Of a DNA stretch of 64,000 nt, positions 36,599 to 46,213 are shown in pieces. The notes under the pieces are model-generated. The model did no database searches. It had not been told where the DNA came from and saw nothing but the letters and a program-made list of their open reading frames with translations. The position numbers were made by a program, and so were the translations under genes. Origin of the DNA: an uncultured Candidatus Saccharibacteria bacterium (GTDB lineage Bacteria; Patescibacteriota; Minisyncoccia; Phycocordibacterales; WO2-35-19); assembly GCA_964630525.1 (NCBI GenBank), contig CAZVUY010000004.1:11448-75447 (forward strand), given 5' to 3'. How positions within the stretch are numbered: position 1 is the stretch's first letter; the number at the start of each line of letters is the position of its first letter.

Positions 36599-38182
36599 CT
36601 AAATTTCTTCTAATCTCATAATTTCTATTATTTTTTCTACATCTTTGTTTAGAGGTCTGTCGATATTAACAAAAGAAGACACCTTCCTAATCTTTTTTAC
36701 TACATTTTGAGAATGTGTCGAGCAATTATTCAACCCCCTAAATTCCAAAGCTTGCGCGCTCGAGATTGTTAGTATAGAAACCAGTCTTTCTAGATTCGCC
36801 ACAGATTCCTTTAGGTCTTGTGCTGCGTGTGCTGCTAAGCTGTTTACGTCCTGATTATCTCCTTCTGTGGGGATCATATACGCTTGTTGTGATTGGGCCA
36901 ATTTCCTATTTTGTACCGTAAGTGAAGCAGATAAAATGTGCAGAGGTCTAAATCCATTATAAATTTCAGAATGTTCAATTAGATTTGCTGGAAGACCAAA
37001 ATTTTTTCTCGGGTGATAAAGGTTACTTAATATTGCGTGCAACCAGGTTGAAGCCTGAGAGACGTCCATTTTTAAAAGATCACACGCTTCAGTAACATAA
37101 TAGCCCATAAAGTTTGCTCCGTGACATATTTTCATTGAACTAGGATCTATCACGGGGTTATCATTTATCGAATTTATCTCATCTTCAATCCACTTTTCTG
37201 CTGTTTGTAGGTTCTCTTTAAATACACCAAACCCTTGTGGTACTGACCTAAGAGAATAATAATCTTGAAGATTATTATCTATATTGTTGGACCCGTTTGT
37301 TTTGAAGTTTTTTAAGCTTTTTATTCTCAAATCAGAAAGATTTCTAATCAATCGACTTCCTTTCCATAATTTTCTAATAATATTATTAACTTCAATTTCC
37401 CCACTATGATTTTTTAATTTGTGTACCAATGGATCGTATGCGCTATCGATTACACGGAGTGACTCAAGTGCCATTGATATTGCTGACAGCATTTGATCAA
37501 ATATTCTTTTTAGGTCATACAATGAAATTGCTGCGACCGATGTCATAAAGGATGTTCCATTTATAAGCGCCAAACCCTCACGGGTTTCTAGTTGTAATTT
37601 CTCAAGCCCAACATTTTTCATAGCAATTGCAGATTCAATTTTTCGATTTCCATACAATACCTCTCCTTTTCCTATGAGGGCACTTGCAATACTTGATAAA
37701 GGTATCAAATCACCACTAGCACCAATTGACCCATATTTTCGAATAACCGGATGTATTTTATTGTTTATAAAATCTAAAAGAGAATCAACTACTATTGGTC
37801 TAACACCAGAATGACCAAGTGCCAAACAGTGGGATCTCAACAACATAGTTGCTCTTGAGATCTCCTCGCCCATTTCTTCTCCGAGCCCACAATTATGGGA
37901 AATAACGAGATTTAGTTGGCGATTTTTTAACGACTCAGAATACTCTTTTTCATCACTGTCTAAGTTTTTATCCAATATATTAACCTGGCTGCCAAACTGT
38001 GTGTTAAGTCCATAAACAGGCGTTCTTGTGTCAGCTGAATTTATAAGTATCTGATGAGAAGCCTTCATTTTTGCGATAGATTGTTCGGATAGTCTCACTT
38101 TTGAATTTTCTCTAGCCACCGCTTTGATTGCTGTTAAATCCAATTTTCTTCCTACACCTATAGTTATCATTTTCGTTTTCAT
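36599..38182 (-). CDS. MIO-dependent aromatic amino acid ammonia-lyase/aminomutase (HAL/PAL/TAM family)
   Basis: GSIGASGDLIPLS contains the Ala-Ser-Gly triad that forms the MIO cofactor. Length and conserved blocks match the histidine/phenylalanine ammonia-lyase family. Confidence 0.85.
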   Translation of the reverse strand: MKTKMITIGVGRKLDLTAIKAVARENSKVRLSEQSIAKMKASHQILINSADTRTPVYGLNTQFGSQVNILDKNLDSDEKEYSESLKNRQLNLVISHNCGLGEEMGEEISRATMLLRSHCLALGHSGVRPIVVDSLLDFINNKIHPVIRKYGSIGASGDLIPLSSIASALIGKGEVLYGNRKIESAIAMKNVGLEKLQLETREGLALINGTSFMTSVAAISLYDLKRIFDQMLSAISMALESLRVIDSAYDPLVHKLKNHSGEIEVNNIIRKLWKGSRLIRNLSDLRIKSLKNFKTNGSNNIDNNLQDYYSLRSVPQGFGVFKENLQTAEKWIEDEINSINDNPVIDPSSMKICHGANFMGYYVTEACDLLKMDVSQASTWLHAILSNLYHPRKNFGLPANLIEHSEIYNGFRPLHILSASLTVQNRKLAQSQQAYMIPTEGDNQDVNSLAAHAAQDLKESVANLERLVSILTISSAQALEFRGLNNCSTHSQNVVKKIRKVSSFVNIDRPLNKDVEKIIEIMRLEEI

Positions 38183-39624
38183 TTGTTATCAGATAATATT
38201 ATTTTAGGTTTTTTACCATTGATGCTTACTAATTTAGTTTCCGTTGGCTCAACAAGATTACTTTCATTATATTTTAGAAGTTTGATTACTGGTCGAGCTT
38301 TTTCTCCAATGGCTGAATATAGTTTGCTAAACTCTATGTTCTTTTCAACTAACTCATTTAAAATACGATCGGTGATTTTGGTAAGTATATTGGTAGATGG
38401 TTCTACTCCCTTGGCGAGTTCTAGTGAGATGTGAAGTTTTTGTACCATGTTATTTTTGGTATTTTTGTTATACGCACTAAAATTTCCACTCAATAATTTG
38501 TAGACACTTTTATTTTCTGTGGCCGCCCGAATTGTTTCAGGATATATATTTATTGCATAAAAAGTTACAGCTATATCCGCTCTACCACTTACTATAACGA
38601 ATGGTAGATTCCAGCCAGTATATTCTGAAAGAGATATTTTGTGATTTGTGTCAGCGAGATTTAGTTTTGATAAAATCTCCGATTTTTTATATAAAATCCC
38701 AGTATCGTGTATGTTATAACGTATTAAAGGAGAAAAAGTTGGAGCAGTTAAGATCAACTCCTCGTTTATTGTTTCAAAGTATATATATTCTGGGTGGTAT
38801 TGGAATATGGCTGGGATATTTTTTACTGTACCAAACAAATCTTCGCGAAGTTGATTATTATCAGCCACTCTTTTTCTTAAATAGATAGTAAGTGGTGTTT
38901 CGTGCCCTAGTATACCCGCATCGGCTGAACCGTAAATACTTATTAAATGATGGGAGGATTTCAAGCCAAATTCTTTTACTGCGCAGTCTCTCCATTCCTC
39001 AGTAAACTTATCTCCAGCAGTAATTATGAATTTTCTTTTATTTAAGATAGTTATTTTTTTCTTTTTACACTCATTAATTATATCCATAACAAAAGGTGGG
39101 TATCCTGCCAATATCACGGTATTGAAGTTTGGGGCCACTTCTCTTAGGGTGTTTAAAATATCATTCATTTCTACCCCCGGTGTAACGGTAGTCAGGTTGT
39201 ACCCTCTTCTTGACAGGTGGCGACATGAAGCAAGAGTATAATTACCAGCAACCCAAACACCCATGGCGAAACATACTATTACTAGAACACTCTCTTTTTT
39301 TGTTATTTCAAAAACATTCTTAAATATGTATTCATGAATTTGACCACCAATGATCTCTTGTTCATCACTTCTGGACCAGAAAGTGGGTTTACCAGACGAA
39401 CCAGAGCTTGCGTATATCATGGGAGGAAACTTTTTATTGGGAAATAGGTCAATAAAATTATTTTTATTAAAATAAGATTTTTTATCGGCAATCGGTAGTT
39501 GCTTAAATTCTTCGATTGAGGTTATTCTGTCTTTTTTAAAATTAAGGCTATTTACAAATTGCTTATAACACTTTATCTCGGACATAGCTTTATTTGACAA
39601 ACTTACGACATCTAAATTTTTCAT
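38179..39624 (-). CDS. PaaK-like adenylate-forming enzyme (phenylacetate-CoA ligase / F390 synthetase family)
   Basis: P-loop-like YASSGSSGKPTFW at the position of the PaaK SSGTTGKPT motif. The overall 480-aa layout matches the PaaK/CapK family. Confidence 0.65.
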   Translation of the reverse strand: MKNLDVVSLSNKAMSEIKCYKQFVNSLNFKKDRITSIEEFKQLPIADKKSYFNKNNFIDLFPNKKFPPMIYASSGSSGKPTFWSRSDEQEIIGGQIHEYIFKNVFEITKKESVLVIVCFAMGVWVAGNYTLASCRHLSRRGYNLTTVTPGVEMNDILNTLREVAPNFNTVILAGYPPFVMDIINECKKKKITILNKRKFIITAGDKFTEEWRDCAVKEFGLKSSHHLISIYGSADAGILGHETPLTIYLRKRVADNNQLREDLFGTVKNIPAIFQYHPEYIYFETINEELILTAPTFSPLIRYNIHDTGILYKKSEILSKLNLADTNHKISLSEYTGWNLPFVIVSGRADIAVTFYAINIYPETIRAATENKSVYKLLSGNFSAYNKNTKNNMVQKLHISLELAKGVEPSTNILTKITDRILNELVEKNIEFSKLYSAIGEKARPVIKLLKYNESNLVEPTETKLVSINGKKPKIILSDNK

Positions 39625-39638
39625 TGGATTTATTGGTA

Positions 39639-40763
39639 TTAGAAATTTTTTAAAAAAAACTTTAAATTTTTTTGTCTAGCCTTTTTATTTTGAAGAGAAT
39701 TATAGTCTAATGATATCTGCTTCTCTAAGTTTACAATGTATCTTCCAGAGAGTACTTTTTCTTTGTTTGCCATTTTACGAAGTACATATGCAATAGCCGA
39801 TCCCGCCATTGATGCAGTAGCGCCTAACTGAGGAACGGCGTTGATTGTTTTTCCAATTTTTAAAATAGAATCCCTCATACTTATAGGTAAATAGCTAGGA
39901 TTAACTATTTTGGTAGCAAGGGAAAGCCACTCCTTATAATCCATTTTACTAAAATCCTGATCCTCTATTTTATCTATCAAACCATGGAATAATTTCCTGT
40001 TTGGTTCAAGGTCGTATCTTTCTATATCTAGCACCAAACTGTCGCCATTATCAGTTGCCATAACTATTGGGATTTTCCTTGATCTGGCTATTAGGCGACA
40101 CTTTATTTTTAGTGCAATATCGTCCATTTCATCAATTAAGACATCTATCGCTGGTTTGTTACAAATAAATTTTTCTAGGTTAATTATATTTAGTCCCCTT
40201 TCCCATAATTCTACTTTGGCGTAAGGGTCTAGGTCGTATATGTTTCTAGCTGCAACTAATGTTTTTGGTGATCCGATATCTGAAATCTTTGCTTCAATTC
40301 GGTTTAAATTTGTAATATCTATAGTGTCAAAATCTGCTATTCTTATGTATTTAGGACCCCCACTTTGTATTAGGGTTGATATTATTTTTGAACCAACTGA
40401 TAACCCAGCTATACCGACTCTAAAATCCCTATATTTTTGTTGCTGAGTTTGGGTGATGATATCTCTATTTCTTGCTGTGCGAAGCTTAAAATAGATTTCT
40501 TCCGGAACAGTTTTGATTAGTGTATTTGACCACGGTAAATATATCCATTCTGGTTTTAATTTTCTCTGATTATTAACATATTGCTCTAATAGTTGCTTCG
40601 CTTTCTGATCCTGAGGTCGATATTTGGGATTTTCAATATAAAAAAGTTCTTTTATTGCTTTTAAGTAAATATCAACAAAAACCAGATCTCCTCTATTTTT
40701 TAGGAATTTTTTTAATGTTGACTCATTCTTTATGATCTTTGGTTTTTGGAACACCCTTTTCAT
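39639..40763 (-). CDS. ThiF/MoeB/E1-like adenylyltransferase family protein
   Basis: Rossmann GxGxxG (RVGIAGLSVGSKIISTLIQSGG), an E1-like spacing of acidic residues (ATDNGD), and extra N- and C-terminal regions. Confidence 0.65.
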   Translation of the reverse strand: MKRVFQKPKIIKNESTLKKFLKNRGDLVFVDIYLKAIKELFYIENPKYRPQDQKAKQLLEQYVNNQRKLKPEWIYLPWSNTLIKTVPEEIYFKLRTARNRDIITQTQQQKYRDFRVGIAGLSVGSKIISTLIQSGGPKYIRIADFDTIDITNLNRIEAKISDIGSPKTLVAARNIYDLDPYAKVELWERGLNIINLEKFICNKPAIDVLIDEMDDIALKIKCRLIARSRKIPIVMATDNGDSLVLDIERYDLEPNRKLFHGLIDKIEDQDFSKMDYKEWLSLATKIVNPSYLPISMRDSILKIGKTINAVPQLGATASMAGSAIAYVLRKMANKEKVLSGRYIVNLEKQISLDYNSLQNKKARQKNLKFFLKNF

Positions 40764-40842
40764 CTGTTCTGGCGGATCTATTCCTACACTTACTGATCTG
40801 GCTATTCTACAATAAATTCTTAAAAATTACTATCAAAGATTA

Positions 40843-42669
40843 TTACTCAAAATCTTGCTTTTGTTTTTGGTAAGCTAGGGCGTAGCGACCGCCAAGGTTT
40901 AAAAGTTCGGCATGTTTACCCTTCTCCACTACTTCCCCTTCATGCAAGACAATGATCTCGTCAGCTCGTTTGATGGTGGCAAAGTTGTGGGAAATCAAGA
41001 CAGCCGAAATGTCGTCGGGCAAATTTTCGATTTCATTGAAAATAATATTGGCTGATTCGGCATCGATCGAGGCAGTTGGTTCGTCCAGAATCAAAAACCT
41101 CTTTCCTTTATAAAAAGCGCGGGCAATCGCCAGCTTTTGGCGCTGACCTTTTGATGGTTCGATCCCACCAAATTCTACACCGATCATATGGTTGTATTTC
41201 TGATCGAGTTCTTCAATGAAGTCTCCAATCGTACTTTTCTTGGCAGACTCTTTGACATCGTCCAACCTTATTTTCTCAGATATATTACCGACAGCGATCG
41301 ACTCTTTGACCGTAAAATTGTAAGTAGTGAAATCTTGAAGTAGGACACCCAACTCTTGCCACCATTTTGCTAAATCAAGCTGCTTTAGGTCGACCCCACC
41401 CACCGTGATTTTGCCTTTGACTGGATCGTGGATACGTAAAAGTAGGCGAACCAAGGTCGATTTGCCAGCGGCGTTGTTGCCGACCAAGCCGATTTTTTGG
41501 CCGGGCTCTATGACGAAGGACACATTTTTTAAAGCCCATTTTTGTTGCCCAGGATATTTGAAGTAGACATTTTCAAAGACCACTCTTGGTGCTTGGTGCA
41601 GATCAAGCTTTTTAGGATTTTTTGGGTATTTAAGAGCTGGACTTTCGTCGAGAATACTAAAAATGTCTGTTACGTAAAGGTTTCTTTCCAAGATACGGGC
41701 GGTGTTGGAGAGCATGCTAGAAGTCCAGCCGCTTACTCGGTTTAAAGTATCAAAGGCAAACACGACTGTACCGATAGCTACTAGACCAGCGATAGCATCA
41801 TTGATAATGATCGCTGTACCTACAAAAAGGCCTGCAGCTGCAAATATACTGGCCGAAATTTTCATTATTGTTTTCCAATGTTCGGCACTAAGTTGTTCTT
41901 TTGTAAAACCGCTCAAAATTTGTTTGATATCTGACAAAAATTTTTCTCCCGTTTGGTAAAGTTTGCTATCGATAACTGATATTTTTTGCATAAAAAATCT
42001 TCTCAGATCTATATATCTGCGTTGCTCAGTACTATTTTTGGCCCAGATAGCCCAAATTCGGCCTCCGTGTTTGATATCAATCCAAAAATTAGGTATAGAA
42101 GTGACAAAAACTAGTAGAAACACTCGCCAATCGATGGTGGCTGCCGCGATCGACCCCACCACGATACCGCAGAAAATTTCTAAATTTTGGATTTGAGCAT
42201 CGACCACGTTGATGAATGGGTAGATACCATTGTTGAAAGCGCGTTGCAGCCTGTCTTGGAATTTTGGATCTTCATATTGAGCAATATCAAAGGAGCCGCG
42301 CTTTCTGAGGGTGATGAGTTCGAATAGGTCTTGCATTTTCAAAAATAGGTTTCGGTCAATAAAGGAAACAACATTTCTAATGACGGTAGGGATGGCGGTA
42401 AGGATGGCAAACCAAATAAGGGCTGGGTAGGCCACTGACACATCAGAAGTTTCCACTCCTTCTATTATTTTATCTATCAAGGTGCCCAGTGCTTTGGCTG
42501 AGAAAATGGGTACGATACCCATAATAATTGTCAATACTAAGATTGATGAAAATAGCCATGGCAGATGCCTAAAAAGAATGGCAAAAATTCGGCCAGTATT
42601 TCTAAATAAGGCTTTGAAATTTTCTATGCTTTTCTGTTGTTTTGCTAGATTTTCAGTATTTTGACTCAT
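40843..42669 (-). CDS. ABC exporter, fused transmembrane and ATP-binding domains
   Basis: N-terminal 6-TM domain. C-terminal NBD with GNNAAGKST (Walker A), LSGGQRQ-like signature (SKGQRQKLAIARA) and LILDEPT (Walker B). Confidence 0.9.
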   Translation of the reverse strand: MSQNTENLAKQQKSIENFKALFRNTGRIFAILFRHLPWLFSSILVLTIIMGIVPIFSAKALGTLIDKIIEGVETSDVSVAYPALIWFAILTAIPTVIRNVVSFIDRNLFLKMQDLFELITLRKRGSFDIAQYEDPKFQDRLQRAFNNGIYPFINVVDAQIQNLEIFCGIVVGSIAAATIDWRVFLLVFVTSIPNFWIDIKHGGRIWAIWAKNSTEQRRYIDLRRFFMQKISVIDSKLYQTGEKFLSDIKQILSGFTKEQLSAEHWKTIMKISASIFAAAGLFVGTAIIINDAIAGLVAIGTVVFAFDTLNRVSGWTSSMLSNTARILERNLYVTDIFSILDESPALKYPKNPKKLDLHQAPRVVFENVYFKYPGQQKWALKNVSFVIEPGQKIGLVGNNAAGKSTLVRLLLRIHDPVKGKITVGGVDLKQLDLAKWWQELGVLLQDFTTYNFTVKESIAVGNISEKIRLDDVKESAKKSTIGDFIEELDQKYNHMIGVEFGGIEPSKGQRQKLAIARAFYKGKRFLILDEPTASIDAESANIIFNEIENLPDDISAVLISHNFATIKRADEIIVLHEGEVVEKGKHAELLNLGGRYALAYQKQKQDFE

Positions 42670-44075
42670 CCGAATATTTTACTCTTGTTTATATTGTCCC
42701 GCAATTTGCGGTGGAAGGAGAGAGCGAAGCGATGCGCCTCGGAGTTTGCGAGGAGGATTTGTTTTTCTAATTCCTTTATTTTCAATTTTAAATTTTTAAA
42801 TTTTTCGATATTCAATATTTGTTTTGGTCTATGTTTCTCATCTTTGGTTACCGCCACTATTTTTATATCTTCCAATCTTTCGACCTGTCCCGTTGATCCA
42901 AGGCGGACCTGTAAATTTTTTAATGTGCTTTCTGTAACATTGAGCTGAGCCACTCCCCCATCTACCACTATCAAGTCCGGAAAAGCCCATTCTGGGTGTT
43001 TGAACCTGCGCTCCAATATTTCACTCAGAGCTTTTGTATCGTTTGCATTTTTTTGACCTTTGATTTTGAACATTCGATATTTTGCTTTATTTGGCCCGCC
43101 ATTTTCAATGTTGACCATGACTCCGACCATGTTGCTGCCAGAAATATGAGCTACATCGTAAGCTTCGATAGAAAAAGCTGGAGACTGAGGACTGAAAGCT
43201 TGGAGGTCGGTTTCTATTAAAGCTACATCTTGAATGTGTTTTAAGGCAAACACTTTTTTCTTGATCTCGGCTGCTTTTTCAAATTCTCTTTTTTGGGCCA
43301 GCACTTTCATTTCTTTTTCTAAATCGCGAATCAATTTTTTCTTGTTGCCTTCAAAAAAAGTTTTGATGTGCTTGATCGTTTTCGCGTATTCTTGTTTACT
43401 GATCGCACCGATGCAGATGCCCGGACAGATGCCAAGTTGATAATTGAAGCATGGAAGACCCCTCTCCGCTCTGGGGGTACATTTATCTCTAAATGGGAAA
43501 ATTTTGCGAATAATTTTCAGAGCTTCTTTCAGATTATTTCCGTGGGGAAAAGGTCCAAAGGCTTCTGAAATTATTGAATTATCCGAGCCGTCTTCCTGAG
43601 AAAACCCTCGGGAGGAGCGACGGCGACGGACGGAGGAAATTTTTAGCAGAAAATTTCCGTGGTTTTCGATGGATGCGGCGACAGATAATTTAGTCATATC
43701 TCTTTCTCGCATCACCAAAACTCTTGGAAATTCTTCGTCAGTGATTACGACATAATTGAAGCTTTTTTGGTCTTTATCAGCGCTATTGTAAGGGGGCATC
43801 CATTTTTTTATCAACCTTGATTCTAAAATCAAAGCCTCCAATACCGAGTCGGTCTTTTCAAAATTCAAGTCGACTGCTTCTGCTACCATCTTGGCAATCA
43901 GGGGACTTCTTTTTTCGGCAATATTCGTACCAAAATAACTGCGCACTCTGTTTTTGAGCGAAGTAGCTTTGCCAATGTACAAAATCTCCTTCTTGGATCC
44001 GAGGAAGAGGTAAACTCCGGGGCCGTCTGGGAGTTTGGCAATTTTTGTTTTTAGGCTTTCTTGAGCTTTGGTCAT
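42666..44075 (-). CDS. uvrC: UvrC-like excinuclease subunit (GIY-YIG N-terminus), shortened, with internal low-complexity insertion
   Basis: GVYLFLGSKKEILYIGKATSLKNRVRSYF is the GIY-YIG motif. At 469 aa it is shorter than typical UvrC. An R/S-rich segment (SSVRRRRSSRGFSQEDGS) is encoded by DNA resembling the 45401/47053 repeat family. Confidence 0.7.
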   Translation of the reverse strand: MTKAQESLKTKIAKLPDGPGVYLFLGSKKEILYIGKATSLKNRVRSYFGTNIAEKRSPLIAKMVAEAVDLNFEKTDSVLEALILESRLIKKWMPPYNSADKDQKSFNYVVITDEEFPRVLVMRERDMTKLSVAASIENHGNFLLKISSVRRRRSSRGFSQEDGSDNSIISEAFGPFPHGNNLKEALKIIRKIFPFRDKCTPRAERGLPCFNYQLGICPGICIGAISKQEYAKTIKHIKTFFEGNKKKLIRDLEKEMKVLAQKREFEKAAEIKKKVFALKHIQDVALIETDLQAFSPQSPAFSIEAYDVAHISGSNMVGVMVNIENGGPNKAKYRMFKIKGQKNANDTKALSEILERRFKHPEWAFPDLIVVDGGVAQLNVTESTLKNLQVRLGSTGQVERLEDIKIVAVTKDEKHRPKQILNIEKFKNLKLKIKELEKQILLANSEAHRFALSFHRKLRDNINKSKIFG

Positions 44076-44098
44076 AAATCGCTTATAATCTACAACAT

Positions 44099-45394
44099 AT
44101 GTTTGGAATCGGCAAAAACAAATTATCGACTGAGAGCTACAAAGGGGTGAGAGATTTTTATCCGGAAGATCAAGATATCCAGAACTACATTTTCAATATT
44201 ATGCGCTCAGTAGTCGAATCTTGGGGTTATGTTGAATACGGCGCCTCTATTTTAGAGCCCCTGGAGCTTTACAAATCCAAAACAAGCGAAGAAATAGTCA
44301 ACGAACAGATATATTCCTTTGTCGACCGAGGCGGCCGCGAAGTGGCTCTACGGCCGGAGATGACTCCGACCGTTGCCCGTATGATCGCTGGCAAAATCCA
44401 AGAACTCCCCTCGCCTATCCGTTGGTATTCGATACCAAATCTTTTTCGTTATGAGAAGCCACAGCGTGGCAGGCTACGTGAACATTGGCAGCTCAATGTC
44501 GACCTTTTTGGAGTAGCCGGACCTTTTGCGGATGCAGAAGTGGTCAATGTGGCGAGCGACATTATGTCCGCCTTCGGCGCGAAAGCGGCTGATTTTCAAA
44601 TCAAAATCAGTAGCCGCAGTTTACTCGATGAGATTTTGACAAAAATCAAAATAGACGATGAAAAGAAACAATTTGTCTATCGCCTTCTCGACAAGAAAGA
44701 CAAAATGGAACAGGCCAAGTTTAAACAATCGATGGTTGCCTTGATTGGCGAAGATAAGGCCAAAGATTTGCTGGAAACTCTTTACTTTGGTGAAGGAGTA
44801 CTTACGATGCTGGGCGGCAGCGAAACTGCCAAATATCTAAATCAAACCATCAACACTCTGAGAGGTCGTGGGATTAAAAATATTGTATTCGACCCTACTT
44901 TAACGCGAGGTTTTGACTATTATACCGGGGTGGTGTTTGAGGTTTTCGATACCAACAAAGAAAATCCAAGATCAATTTTCGGTGGTGGCCGGTATGACGA
45001 TCTGGCCAATAACTTTGTGAACAGTTCGATACCTGCTGCTGGTTTTGGTATGGGAGATGTGACCACTCGCGACTTCCTGACTACCCATGACCTCTTGCCC
45101 AAATTATCACCCAAGACCGATCTTTATATTTGTGTAGCACCAGAAACTGAATTGGAGACGGTGTATGATTTGGCGCGACAATTGAGAGAAGGTGGAGTCC
45201 GAGTAGCTGTCGATATTTCTGGTAGGAAACTTTCTGACCAACTAAAAAGTCTTGATAAAAGGAAGATCCCTTTTGTTTTGACAGTCGGTCCGGAAGAATT
45301 GAAAAATCAAAAGTTTGTAATTAGAAATACTGAAACAAGAGAAGAAAAAAGTGGCACTATTGAAGAGGTTTTAGGTGTTATAAAAAATATTTGA
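44099..45394 (+). CDS. hisS: Histidyl-tRNA synthetase
   Basis: Class II motifs including FRYEKPQRGRLREHWQLNVDLFG, plus a C-terminal anticodon-binding domain. Confidence 0.9.
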   Translation: MFGIGKNKLSTESYKGVRDFYPEDQDIQNYIFNIMRSVVESWGYVEYGASILEPLELYKSKTSEEIVNEQIYSFVDRGGREVALRPEMTPTVARMIAGKIQELPSPIRWYSIPNLFRYEKPQRGRLREHWQLNVDLFGVAGPFADAEVVNVASDIMSAFGAKAADFQIKISSRSLLDEILTKIKIDDEKKQFVYRLLDKKDKMEQAKFKQSMVALIGEDKAKDLLETLYFGEGVLTMLGGSETAKYLNQTINTLRGRGIKNIVFDPTLTRGFDYYTGVVFEVFDTNKENPRSIFGGGRYDDLANNFVNSSIPAAGFGMGDVTTRDFLTTHDLLPKLSPKTDLYICVAPETELETVYDLARQLREGGVRVAVDISGRKLSDQLKSLDKRKIPFVLTVGPEELKNQKFVIRNTETREEKSGTIEEVLGVIKNI

Positions 45395-45400
45395 TAAAAT

Positions 45401-45450
45401 GCCTTGCGAGGCTTGACTGAAGCGAGCACGAGCAAATTTTCAGCAGAAAA
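45401..45450. repeat. Left copy of a ~50-bp inverted repeat pair (partner at 47053-47103)
   Basis: gccttgcgaggcttgactgaagcgagcacgagcaaattttcagcagaaaa. The reverse complement of 47053-47103 matches it at about 48 of 50 positions, and weaker similarity continues for ~25 bp more. Confidence 0.85.
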
Positions 45451-45499
45451 TTATCGTGCATTTTAGCGAATATTTTTTAGAACACTGGTTTTATAAATT

Positions 45500-46078
45500 A
45501 TGAAAAAAGTAGTATTTGATATAGAAACTAGCAATATTTTTCAGGAAGTTGGATCGAACAATCCGGCTGATTTGTCGATCTCGGTGGTCGGACTTTATGA
45601 CTACTCTACCGACTCCTACCAAACTTTTTTGGTAGAAGAGTTTGGTAGTCTCTGGCCGATTTTAGAAAATGCCGATATGCTGATCACCTTCAACGGCGAC
45701 CACTTCGATATCCCTCTACTCGACAAATATTATTCGGGCAGTTTGTTTAAAATAAAAAGTTTGGATATTTTGAAAGAAATGCAAAAGAGTGCTGGTCGGA
45801 GGATGAAGCTCGACCAGATCGCCGAAGGGACTTTGGGTATTAACAAGAGTGGTCACGGGCTTGATGCTATAAAATGGTGGCGGGAGGGTGAAGTGGAGAA
45901 AGTAAAGAAATATTGTTTGGATGATGTGAAGATTACCAAAGATATTTATGAATACGCGCTTCAAAATGGCAAATTGATTTTCAAAGAAGGACCCAATCTC
46001 AATACCGTCAAACTTGATACCACTGATTGGGAAAAATTGCCCGAAGCTGCCGCTCTCAATTTCACCTTGCCGTTTTAA
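45500..46078 (+). CDS. DEDD-family 3'-5' exonuclease-like protein (DnaQ/RNase T fold)
   Basis: Exo I VVFDIETS, Exo II FNGDHFDIPLL, Exo III YCLDDVKITKDIYEY. Confidence 0.6.
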   Translation: MKKVVFDIETSNIFQEVGSNNPADLSISVVGLYDYSTDSYQTFLVEEFGSLWPILENADMLITFNGDHFDIPLLDKYYSGSLFKIKSLDILKEMQKSAGRRMKLDQIAEGTLGINKSGHGLDAIKWWREGEVEKVKKYCLDDVKITKDIYEYALQNGKLIFKEGPNLNTVKLDTTDWEKLPEAAALNFTLPF

Positions 46079-46099
46079 TATTTCCTAATCTCCTCCCGA

Positions 46100-46124
46100 C
46101 CTCCTCTTTACCTTAAAGAGGAGG
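46100..46124. repeat. REP-like hairpin CCTCCTCTTTA-cc-TTAAAGAGGAGG, followed by GTGACT
   Basis: Same family as 30945-30967. Confidence 0.7.
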
Positions 46125-46154
46125 TGACTCCTATTCGAGTTTTGTAGTTTGGCT

Positions 46155-46177
46155 CCCCTCTTTAAAATAAAGAGGGG
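46155..46177. repeat. REP-like hairpin CCCCTCTTTA-aaa-TAAAGAGGGG
   Basis: Near-identical arms to the 30945 element. Confidence 0.7.
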
Positions 46178-46213
46178 TTAGGGGAGATTATATTGGAACA
46201 GATCAGAGGAAGA

